From positions 4,893,812 through 4,957,811 of the forward strand of contig NC_092675.1 in the NCBI RefSeq assembly GCF_964355755.1: a stretch of DNA of 64,000 nucleotides. Reading direction: 5' to 3'. The stretch comes from Antedon mediterranea. Taxonomy: Eukaryota > Animalia > Echinodermata. The notes under the pieces were generated by a model, which had not been told where the DNA came from, did no database searches, and was given only the letters and a program-made list of their open reading frames with translations. How positions within the stretch are numbered: the stretch's first letter is position 1; each line of letters opens with the position of its first letter. Made by a program: the position numbers and the translations under genes. Positions 36,665-48,123 of the stretch are shown piece by piece.

Positions 36665-39600
36665 ATGAGTATAAGTATGTAAGTATACTTGATTATTATA
36701 TAGATTATCTATTATTATAATATAAACTACACAGACAGGACATTCTGGCAAAGTATGGTTTTAGTCTTATACGACGAAGCAGCAACAGCAACAACCACTT
36801 ATGCTTGGTTGTGGATATAGCAAGCACACAATAACGGTAACAATAAAAGGAAATGGACGATAGGCCTGAATCAAATGGGGGCCTTGCTTGCTGGAATAAA
36901 ACAAGTGAACCGTCTTTTCTGTTCTAAATTGCGGCAGAAACAGATCGTTGCTCATCGCCTAGACTTCAGCATTAGTTTCAAAATAGAATTGAATAACAGT
37001 TTAGAGTTATAGTGTTCTGTGTTTTATAAAAAAAGCAAATAATTAATTGAATGTTACTTCTCTAGAATAAATATTGTTGAAGGCCTATTCAACTCGGCTC
37101 GTTGGATAAAACAAATCATTGTCATGTTACTGTCTTACTTTTCTTACATAACTTTCCGACTTCTTTCAACACACACATCCTGGTAATAGGCATACACCCA
37201 GCACTACAGCTGTCCCGGGCAAAGAGTCGAATGATAGTATACACGATTGGGTAGGCATCCTTGGAATTGTAATTGCATTGTCTGTAGCCTTAGCTGCCCT
37301 TTACGCTGCAATAAAAAAGAGGTTGGATAAAAGGTATAGTAGTATTTTTACACTATTCACCGTTGATTAACACGATCGCAATTATCACATAACGTCTAAG
37401 TTCTTTGTAACTTGCTATAGTGTGTAGTTTGGTTTCCATATGAAGACAGCGCAATGCCACGCACGTAAATTAATCAATCATGACGCGATAGATCATCTGA
37501 ACTCTCACTTGTGATTGGTTAAGTCACTTGGGCGGCACGACGTGCGTTGCGTCCTAGTGTAAACTAAGCTTATACACCATGTGCAGCTTTTTAGCGTAGT
37601 CAAACGATAGAAGCATGTCGTGAATGAGTTAGAGAGGCATTATTTCTATTTCGACAATAGTCCATTTTTTGTTTTTTTTTATAAAAAAAATTAGGTTTAA
37701 ATGATTACCTAAAACATACGTTTGCGCGTATTAACGTTTAATTTGCTAGTTGTTTTGATATGGAGCTTTCCAATTGCGACAACCAAATGACCAACGTTGA
37801 TAATTTATTGTGTGCAACCGGAGATATTGGGACGTGTTTTCTCACTTCCCACTCAGACACTGGTTTCTAGGTTTGATGATTTCTAGGTCCGGGCGGTGAT
37901 TTTTTTTCCTACATAAGACCTCATGTGAAAGATAGCCGAACTACTCTTCCTAAATATAACTAAACCTAACCCTCTAAATAATCTCTCTCTCACTATAAAG
38001 TAAATGTGATTCGAACCCCATACATTGACATGTAAAGTCCATAGTCTAATCCACTAGACTACACAGACGACTCGACAGAAAGCGTTTGCATAAGCGAATT
38101 GTAGTTACCTCAATTCTTACCTTATGCATATGACTAATGCATATTCATGTTTATTTTGTAACGTTTCACGAGGGGTCTCTAACTTATGTACGAAAAGAAA
38201 TATCGCGTCCGGGCGACGACTGGCGACACATTGATTGACCTGTGACCTTAGGTTGGTATTCGGTCGTCCCAAATCGAAAGCTCCCTTAATAATGTTTAAA
38301 ACAATTGTAATTGGTACGATGTTCTTGTATTTACGAACTAGTGATTACAATGACATGGTGATTAATTATGACGAAGAGGAGGAAGTGGATACCGAATATA
38401 AGCATAGCGCAGGTAAAGACAATTAAAAAAAATTTCCATCGATCTTCTGATAATTAATTTCTTTTCCCGAATACTGTGGCCAGCCGCATCCACAAATTAC
38501 GTCAATATTAAAAGACACTATCCTTGCAATAATGCATATTTTACATAACATGCAGTTTGTAAATTAGATAAAACAAATTCTAGAGATAGGATTACAGAGG
38601 AGACTTATTATATAAACTATGGGAAAATGTTTCCCTTAGCTAGACCCATTTACACTAGGGCGATAACGATCGACGATAAAAAGATAAATATGCATTTTTC
38701 ATACTTAAAACAAAAGAATTTTAAAAAAGTTTTCATGCTAGAACTATAGGATTATCATCTAGGCCTATGCATCTATAATATTTCCACACGTCCAATCAAA
38801 TGACGTCATGATTAGTAAGAGCAATAATATCGTTACAAAACAACGATTTTATTGTTTTATTAATCATGACGTCATTTGATTGGATTTTCAAAAAATATTA
38901 TCTTTATCAAATACAGTATACATGATTATTTTATAGTTCTAGAACGAAAAACTTTTATAATTTCCTTCGTTTTATTCAAGAAGATAATGTTTATCTATTT
39001 ATCGTCGATCGTTATCGCCCTAGTGTAAATGGGCCTTAACGTCGTTTTTAAATCATTTGACCATGACACTTATTGTTTGTATTTTAAAATGGCGATAGTT
39101 AGGAATGCAATGCTTTTAATCAATATACTAATAATAATAAAAACAAATTTTCTGTTGAATTGAAGAATACACAAATGATTACTCGGACATGTACAAGACA
39201 AACTTTGAGGGAGAATACGTGCATTTAAGCCTCCATGATAATGTGGTTACTATCACCACATCGCCTGCAGGTTAGTATTCGTTTATGTTTTCCTGTCTGA
39301 AAAACCCAAACAATTTGTTTTTGAATGCTCCTTCGATTTACATGAGGCTACATAGGCCTAATATAAATAATAAAATAAATACATTTTATTTTCCTGCTCA
39401 GCTTCAACACGAAGAAAAGGAGTCCTGAAGCACACTTGGGGAACTTTTCATTTCGATAAAATACGGTTGCAAATGTTTATTATTAGTGTTAATTAATAAT
39501 AACTTTCAATTTGTGTTAACATATTGTAAAATAATCACTAATATTTATGTATTTTAAGGTGGGCCTATACGATATACTTGATGGATCAATTTAGATTAAT

Positions 39601-40230
39601 AAAGATGACATAAAAGATGTTTGATGTTTGAATACACCCTCTATAATAGCCAAGAAGCTACAGTGTGATAGAGGGCTTCCAAGTGTTAACACAAAAACAC
39701 TTTTACAAATGACATTTGGTTGACACTACGAGGCCAAACATTATTGTATTATTTCTGTTATTATTTTGTTATTATGTAACACGACGTGGCTATTCCATCA
39801 TCCCACCACCAGCGTACTGAGAATTCTGTATATTTCTCGTTAATTCTACCAATTGATTTTTTACGTAACATTTAAATAATTAGTTAGATAAAATTATAGA
39901 TAGATTAAAACTATCTATCACAGAATGAAAAACGTAATTCACAAATTAGGAGGAAAACTGAAACTTTCTCAAAACAAGGTTTTATATGGTAAAATCATAC
40001 TTCTTCTTTTCTTCGATTTCTTTTGTTTAGTTTCACAAGATTCTGATGGTAAAAAGGGCAAAAAAGGCAAAAAAATTAAAAAATCGTCTGCGGATGTTAC
40101 TACCACACCAAATGAAGAGAACGGTAAAAAATACGAGCCGCCGCCATTTGAGTCTGTATATGAATATGGAGTAGTCAATGCTATTTATGATGATGGGATT
40201 TCTGATATTGGCAGATACACGTACACCTAA
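36665..40230 (+). CDS. Second transmembrane-adaptor-like protein (TRAT1/SIT1-type architecture), ~177 aa
   Basis: Exons 36665-36678 (MSISM|gtaagt), 37190-37333 (HTPSTTAVPGKESNDSIHDW-VGILGIVIALSVALAALYAAI-KKR), 38342-38412 (DYNDMVINYDEEEEVDTEY), 39166-39270 (EYTNDYSDMYKTNFEGEYVHL) and 40031-40230 (YEPP, YEYGVV, YDDG, YTYT*). Phases 2/2/1/1 join in frame. The first exon is uncertain. Confidence 0.7.
37426..37571. mobile_element. Degenerate Harbinger-type MITE, family B
   Basis: agtttggtttccata...cttgtgattggt...gcgttgcgtcctagtgtaaactaagct. Confidence 0.5.
38003..38068 (-). repeat. Degenerate tRNA-like cassette within an inverted-repeat-bounded segment (~37890-38215)
   Basis: Minus strand reads TAGTCTAGTGG (A box)...GGTTCGAATC (B box). 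Flanked by the imperfect IR tacataagacctcatgtgaaa / tttcacgaggggtc..cttatgta. Confidence 0.4.
38642..39036. mobile_element. Harbinger-type palindromic MITE (~395 bp)
   Basis: TIR cccatttacactagggcgataacgatcgacgataaa / tttatcgtcgatcgttatcgccctagtgtaaatggg, plus inner IR tccaatcaaatgacgtcatgatta / taatcatgacgtcatttgattgga. Confidence 0.85.
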
Positions 40231-42409
40231 AAATTATGTCTACAATCATGTTTAGTTTTAGCTTGTTTCATAACATAATGTGGGTTTAAAATGTCAGTTG
40301 TTAAATACCATTGAAACTCCAAAGTTTTCAAAATCATGATATGATTGGTTTTTACAGTATATGATCAACTTTTTGTAACTGCACGTTAGAAATTTACAAC
40401 ATTTATTTATTTTACTATTAGTATTATACCTTCCCTTATATTGTATTGTTTGCATGATCCATAATCTTGTTAATGCGGAGTGTTATCGGGTAAGAACCGT
40501 TCCTTTTTATATAAAAAAGAAGAAATTACAAGACGAATACAGAAAACCGCTGCTTTTTGTATAACCTTAACATTTGTACATTCTTTTTTTACAATAACAA
40601 TGGATTCTCTTTTCAATCCGCATCTTGTTTAGTGTTTTTTATGTTGTCTGTTAAAGTGTTGTAGGAATTCCAAATAACTGGATATCGATTGCCATGGTTT
40701 CCGAAGAACAAAAGTGTTCCATCACTTCACTTCATCCATCAATTGAGTGTGATCGAGTAAATAAAGAATGATTGTTTTTCAATTGCTCACTGAAATACAA
40801 CAGTTCTTGTTTATAAGGAGACATGCTATATTTTGAAAAATGTTCGATACAATTCGTAGATTATTAGGTAAGGAAGAAATATAAATAATACAATAGACTG
40901 ATATTATTTATATTTCCTCTGGTGATAAATGTACAGTACTTACATTATATCATAAATTAAATATCATTAGTATCATTTAACTGTCACTATTATCTATTTT
41001 GAGATTTAAGATAAAATGTACAGATTTTTTATCTAGTTGTATTAATTTTCTGATAGATCTATCTTATGGGAAATTGCTTTTCCGTGCAATGTCAATGCAT
41101 GTTTTTATACGTCTATAATGAAATGTTTATCAGCGGACTACCAATGCTATTTTTTTTTGTCTCGAGCAGATAATTTAAAGCAAAAAATGGAAATAAATTG
41201 TTTAAAGTGTTAATTTATAACAAATGGCAACAATAAACCATTAACGATGGAACTAGCTTCTGACATTACTATAACGATCCACTGATCCATTTGTGTAAAG
41301 TAAATCTGTATCAATGGTGTGGGAATTTTTAGCCAGGGATATGGCTAAATCTTTTAATGTAATTAGTTAAGGTAGCACCACTGCAACAATAATAATACAA
41401 GCCACCATACACAACGATTTTAACTCCCCTGCTTGCATTACTGTATGTGACTGCACCCTATTACGCAAAGCAAAGCCGTATTACAAGGACAAGTAAAGAG
41501 AGACACCGTAAATTATTTAAATGTTGCAGATATTTCTGTTTATTTGTTGTTAGATGAAGCTTTAATGAAATAAAGTAAATAAACAAGTGGCAAATTGTAC
41601 ATCATGCTGATGATGATTTAGCTTTTTTAAAAATGTAAACAAGAGTCTTGTATGATGGTCAGTGATTCACCAATTCACAAGTTGTACAACTTGTGAAAAA
41701 GTAAAAACCGTCAATGATTTGTTTCCGTCGGCAAAAATGAATAAAGCAAAAGTAAATACGTATATTGTTATAATTTCCTTTCCTTGAGTTAAACTACTAT
41801 AATGCAAAGTTTGAGGTGACGTTTGTCCATGAGCGGAAACTGGACACAACTATAATAACACAGACTACATATTTAAGCACTATTGGGTAAAAACATAATC
41901 CAAGATTATCAAAGTCAAGAAGCAGGTAAGGCAAAATAACACGTTATTATTACAGGTACTACAAATTGGTATGCTAATTAGATAAAAAATATTAATTTAG
42001 AAAACCAAAGCTAATGCTTTGGAGAGAACCATTGTAGTTTAGGCGATTCTCTCAGGTTGTAATTGTCTTGAGTCGAAGGAGCTGATCCACGATTCTGTAA
42101 AGCCGACACTAAATACTAAATTATGTAACACAGACAGTTAGGTTTAAAATATAGCATTAAGAGGGATGTAAAAAGATTATTTAGCTGTGTAAGTCAACCT
42201 CACTGCTCCTGACCATTCAACCGAGGCAGTGATCAAATATCTTCAATCCTAGCGAACCATCACTGACAATACTTTAGTCCTACTCTGGGGCCTACCGCAT
42301 TTAAGATGGTGCTGATGTTGGTAGTTATGGTATAATATAAATGGTAATTATTCATATCATTTAATCATTCATCTTATTCGTAACTCTATCGTTTTGTTTT
42401 CAGACCACC

Positions 42410-45400
42410 ATGGACATGAGCATATTTTATATCGTATTCATCTCACAAATATTTGTGTTTATCCATAACGTCACATGTAATTTAGTCCCAGATAAGTCAT
42501 TTCCCAATGTGGAACATTTTAGGGAGAAACGCAAACCAGGCGGGCCAGGAGGTGTTAGGTGCGGACCGGGTGAATTAGTCAAACGATGCAAGTAAGATAT
42601 TGTATTTTATTTAAATTCTCTTACATATTCTATAAGGCGAATACAACCAATAAAGCGCAATTCGTTAACAAAATATTATGTATATCTTAAGCCATGTTTC
42701 TAATTGAAAAGAACGTAACAATTAAATTTCGAACCCCAGTTTTAGAAGTATAAGGTCCGGTTGAAGATGCGGTGATAATGATGTAAATGTAGATGTGGGG
42801 GAATAACCTGTGACTTTCAGCCTAACTGGGCTGAATTGCACACATGTATGGACAGCACATACAATAACTTTCTTCCCCCTTAAGTCCATTAAGCTGCTGC
42901 TCGTTCGTCTGTCCACACCGATATGGGATGAATGGACAGTACACCGGGGTAACCCCCTACTCTTCCGAAAGATTAGAGTGCATACGAGTTAGATGTATAC
43001 ACTGGACCTCTAGGTCCTCAGAGAGGACTTGTTATACCACTAGAAAAATGGTACATGGTCGAGGACCTGTTTTAACCAATTGACTCGACGATAGTTCATC
43101 GATCACTGTAAAGTTTAAGAAAAATATTGCCCAAATACACACCATTTATTTTTACCCAGCAACATAATCCTTTAAACATTTCTGGATCATCCTTGAATGT
43201 CTCATTGCACTTTAAAGCAAAGTGAAAAGTTGCAATCTATATACTAAAACGTTAATATTGTTTCCTGCGTGTGTTATTGTCATTCAGTTTCAGTTCTTAA
43301 AACCAAAATGTTGATTTAGCCTTGTAATACCTCCGGGAAACCCTCAGATCAAACATGGTTTTGTTGGGTGGTAAGGGTTGTGGGGGTGGTAAGGGTTGTG
43401 GGGGTGGTAGTGGTTGTTGGTGGGGATAGTTGTTAAATCTAATAGTTAAACATACATTAAACAAAGATTTTTCATGTAGTTTTTAAAAATGTATTCATCA
43501 GTATTCATCATAGAGTGTTGTACAAAATATTTTCATATTTTACTTCACTATGGTTGTTAGAAAGAGGTTTGGAAAGCAATTAAAAAATAATCTGGCTAAG
43601 AAACAAAGTATTGTTTGTATCACTCCAAAGTCATGAATCGGAAATAATAATGATATGCTCAGCCAATCTTTTAAAAGTAATTAAAACAAGCCCTTAGTGT
43701 GTTAATACAGAAACCAATACGGTATTTCAAAACAGATATATTATTATTATTATGTAAAATTAAAATACAATTCAGCTTCAATTCAAAGTAAAATTAATCT
43801 TTCATAACTGAGTAAAAATAACGTATATTTACTCACTCATTCACCACTCCTCACCCCCAAAAAGAAGCAACCCCAAAAATTGTTGTAGGTGTCCAAATGA
43901 GAGAGCGCGCCCCCCATGGATCCCTCTCCTGTCATGTATGTGTGTGTGTACGATGCTAAACCTTACAAAAGGTACCGTGTAAACATAGGCCTACATAAAT
44001 TAAATTCTATTTTTCAGATATGATGTTGATGACAACCAATATTATCGATGGTTGACACTAGGAGAAAGTACGTAAACACTTTTTGCCATCTTTTATACTT
44101 TTATTTACAGCTTACACATATTTTATTTACATTCAATTTATCTTCAATAGATCGCCCGTCATTTGAAGTAAGCATATTCAACTACGACATAACAAAATCG
44201 CAAGCATCTAACAACTGTCCACAAGGCACACGTTTAGCCGTCATCAACGATGCGTGGATACTAGACGAAGCTGTGGCATCGGTATTTGAAAGTTTTGATC
44301 GAGACACGAAATACTGGGTTGATGTTAACGTAGAACTAGACAATATCGATTTCTTTTTAGAGAGAACAGCATGTACTTGCGTTAGTACTGAATTTGCTTT
44401 AAATGGCGAGGAATCCACAGTCATGGAAGTAAAAAGAGATGAATATCAAATTAAGAAAAAGAGGTCGACTGATAAAAGGATGATGAGAGGAGTTATATGT
44501 CAAAAAGAAGGTAGATTTTATATTAAAACTTTACAGTAGGCCTACATATTATTAAGTTGAATCTAAAATATATTTTATGGTTACGTTTTTATAATATATT
44601 ATTTCACAGAGAAAGTTGTTGTTGAGGTTTTCAAATAAATTGGTGGGATCCTGTTATTTCATGTTGCATATTAAAATTAATGTTGCATTTCTTACAGAGG
44701 GAACTACAGCAAAGCCTACTCAATCAACAAAACATACATCAACTTCCTCCAATCCTAGTAGTTCTTCTTCGTTTAGTATGACACCAACGATGAACCAATC
44801 TGTAAGCCTCCCAGTCATGAACCCAACTGCAGAGCCTACATCATCTTTCGATTGGATTATTTTCTTACTTAGCATCATTGCAGTGACGCTATTACTTGGT
44901 TTATTCCTAGGCTGTGTCATTTGCTGTAGAATTAAGTCGCACCAGAAAAATGTAAACCAGTCCGTAGTCTGTGCTGTTGAACCATCTTCAAAAGGTATTA
45001 TTATACACTGTTAATTGGGGCATAGGGTCACCATAAACTAATCTAATGAGAAACCTAAATTTTCATATTCCTTCTTTCAGAATGTGTAGTATCGGTAATT
45101 CCAACAGCACCACCTGCCTATGAATCTAACGACTACCAAGGCCTGATGAGGAATCCTAAAGTTGACAATGTCCACACGAATCCAGATAAGTCTTTCCCAC
45201 AAGAAGGTACCTATATCTACGAAACACCGATGGAAACACCACGTCTATTTCAGCAACCCGCTGGTATTTACAACGGTAGCAGTGGGTATATGGATATTGA
45301 TGGTCCGACTTATAATAATCATCAAAGTACCGATGAATTCGTTTATGATGAGTTAGACACAAATACTACTCCACCAGAATATAGTTATGCATATGCCGAT

Positions 45401-45445
45401 AGAAAGTCTATTGCTGATGAACTACAGAATAAAGTATATCCATAA
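42410..45445 (+). CDS. Receptor R2: type I membrane protein with degenerate C-type-lectin-like domain and Tyr/PPxY tail (~417 aa)
   Basis: Kozak accaccATGG after an acceptor. Exons 42410-42591 (signal peptide, REKR, ...LVKRCK), 44018-44067, 44151-44510 (A..NCPQGTRLAVIND...YWVD...C...GVICQKE), 44698-44994 (S/T stalk, TM WIIFLLSIIAVTLLLGLFLGCVICC) and 45081-45445 (PTAPPAY, YQGL, YETP, YMDI, YDEL, PPEYSYAY). Phases 2/1/1/1. Confidence 0.82.
42870..43060 (-). mobile_element. Partial Deu/Nin-domain SINE
   Basis: Minus strand gaggtccagtgtatacatc...tgcact...tctttcggaagagtagggggttaccccggtgtact matches the core of the copy at 62509. Confidence 0.65.
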
Positions 45446-45983
45446 ACAAATGTTTAATATAGGTTTTCAGGGACCCAGTAAATTAATGGTTTTTGGCGAA
45501 AAGAAACGGAATCAGAATGATTATAGTATACAGTCATGATAACCAAAGTTACGCCAAATTGAATTTATTACTATAATATACCGTGTACATTTTTTAAAGT
45601 TAAAATGTAAGGGCTCTACATAGGCCTATCTATCAATTCATGTTTGCTATTTTTTGTAATGATGTACAGTACAAATAAATGCCTAAATCTACTCATGATT
45701 CAGATCTTATCGTTCTGTTTACTGTATCTATCTTTATCGATCATTAGTTGACACACGTGCATGATCATAAGCATTTTTTAAAATGTCCGCCAAATGTCAC
45801 TTCATGTGTCTCTGATATGTTTTTTGGCTCTATTCCGCCTTTACAGGTTCTGAATAAGATGATTAGCCCATATAAACAATAAACAATATACATATCAATT
45901 CACTTAAGTAATAAGTGATGTTTTCACTAAACCTAATACCAGTGATAGTCCCTTACCACCAGTCTGATAAACATTCCAACAAT

Positions 45984-47555
45984 AACTAGACATGTAACTC
46001 GTCACTTTGACGAGTTTGGTTATCCGCCGCGCAAGTGGTGCAACATTAACATTAAGGGGATAGGTTGAGGACAAAAGGAAGAGGTCACGTTGGCATTATG
46101 ACCTGAACTGAAGAATATGATATGTTGTTATTGCTGAATTTTATCTATATATAAATTTATATATAGTATACACAGTATAATCTGTATCCATATCACATAC
46201 AGTGTAGAATAGGTAAAATTACGGGACCCGCTAATTATTGCAATTTTTAACATGTTGACAGTTTTAAAATGAAACGCGAAGGTAGCAATTCCGAAAGGAA
46301 ATTATTTCAGCAACAACGTATTAGCGTGTAGAAGAAATTTGAATACGTGAAATATTGATGCGCGCTCTTTTAAATGTAATGAATTATGACGCAAAAGATG
46401 AAAATACGACCTTTTTTATTAAACTGGCCATATGATGACGTCACAACATCCGATTGGCAACATTTTTACATAATTTCGTATCTACAATCCAATAGCTTCC
46501 AGAAAAAGTTTTAATCGTGATTATCACATTTTATTCTTACGAGCTATAACAGATTGAAATTTACTGTAAAGATGAAATTGATGCCACACGTGATTTAAAT
46601 TTTTAGGCATGATGACGTCAAAAAAATTAAAATATTTTTAACTCATGCGAAAGATAGTTGATTGACCTAGACAATATCAAAATCGGGGTAAAAATGGAAA
46701 ACGGATAAATGGAGATGCGCTCTATTCAATGTGATGAGCTATGACGAAAGATACAAAAATCCTAAATTTTATATTCGCGTGGCCATACGATGACGTCACA
46801 ATGTCCGGTTAGCCATATTAATACCTGATCCGACATCTACAACTCATCTACTTCTAGAATATGTCATCCACAAAAATTTGACCGTCTAGTTTAGAAATTA
46901 CGACTGTTTAAAAAAAGGCATATTTTAAACGAATTTTTTAACCTTTTCATAAAAAACGCGCGCAAATTGTCCAATTCGACGTGCTGGTATGACGTATCTT
47001 TAAGTCGAAATTGTTTAAAATTTGGTAAAATTACTAGAAAAGGCTGGAAAAACATAAATCACGTGAAAAAACTACGTTTTCAATGCTACGTGCGCACCGC
47101 ACACGTAAAAATGTGCGCACGCGTGGGAATTTTTGACATGCTTAAAACGACATGAAACGCGTAGAAAGTTGATTAGAAATTAATTTTGCGCATTTCAAAA
47201 TTTTAAATGCGCGTGCGCGCGTAACTTTGTGTAAAACACGGAATTTTTTTTCAACAGAAAGTTAGCGCATGATATAAATTAAACTTTTGCAAAGTTTCAA
47301 GTTGAAATGTTATTTGGTTGTCGAGCTATGTTAAATACGACAAAATCGTTAAATCGCGCGTAAGTCACGTTGCGCAATTGTAAACGTCATGAAAAGCTTC
47401 GCTTGACGACGTTACGTAAATGTCAATATGTTAAGATAGTTACCGAAATGTTATGTTTGCGAGTTTTAGAGAAAAGCGTTACACAAAAATCATACAGAAT
47501 GATTTCGTACAATCACAAGAGGTTATCCTGCAACTTCGTTGCGGATAACCAATAA
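45984..47555 (-). mobile_element. ~1.57-kb Helentron-associated non-autonomous element
   Basis: One end has aactaga (reverse complement of tctagtt), hairpin actcgtca-ctt-tgacgagt and subTIR ttggttatccgc. The other end has the inverted partner gcggataaccaa inside a local palindrome. The interior has repeated tgatgacgtcac units and no long ORF. Confidence 0.72.
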
Positions 47556-48123
47556 TCATTTCCTTATAGACATATTTTAGCAAGTCAGCGAAGTCTATAG
47601 TTTGCATTTTATACAGTCATAGCGTCATCGTAGTCCTACACAATACATGTCCTCTATTTGGCTTTAAGTACCGGTAAAGTAAGGTTTATTCATTGTCCTC
47701 ACCAATGACGCATGCAATGAATTTAAATAAAAATAGACAATAATATAACAAGTGTTTTTTGTTCATTTATTCGACACGACTTCAATCGGCTTGTCCAGTT
47801 GCTACAGGTATATAAGTTTACCAGGTAAATTAATTCATTACTATTACATTATAAATAATTTAGCTAATTCGATTTTAAAACCATCGGTTTTATCGTTGAC
47901 GTAGGAAATCACTGGAATCATTTCCTCCATGCATTATTACTTTTTAACGGAAAGAATGGAAGTATTACTCCGGCTCCCGAACTAAAACGTAACTCAAATG
48001 AAGGTTGGTTGACTTTGAATCAAATATGTTATTGTTCTTTACGTACAATAATAAATGATTGTATGAACAGACAGTTTCCGTGTTAATTTAGACTTTACTC
48101 CGTTTTAAAAACTAGATCACAAA

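Noticed and set aside
36735-36836. Possible extra ectodomain exon for the 36665 gene
   Set aside because: Two frames hit stops, and the open frame has no convincing acceptor/donor combination matching the phase 2 junctions.
42486-45198. PDKSFP occurs in both R2 exon 1 and R2 exon 5
   Set aside because: The match is only ~17 nt with no flanking similarity, and the two copies are on opposite sides of the membrane. I treat it as chance.
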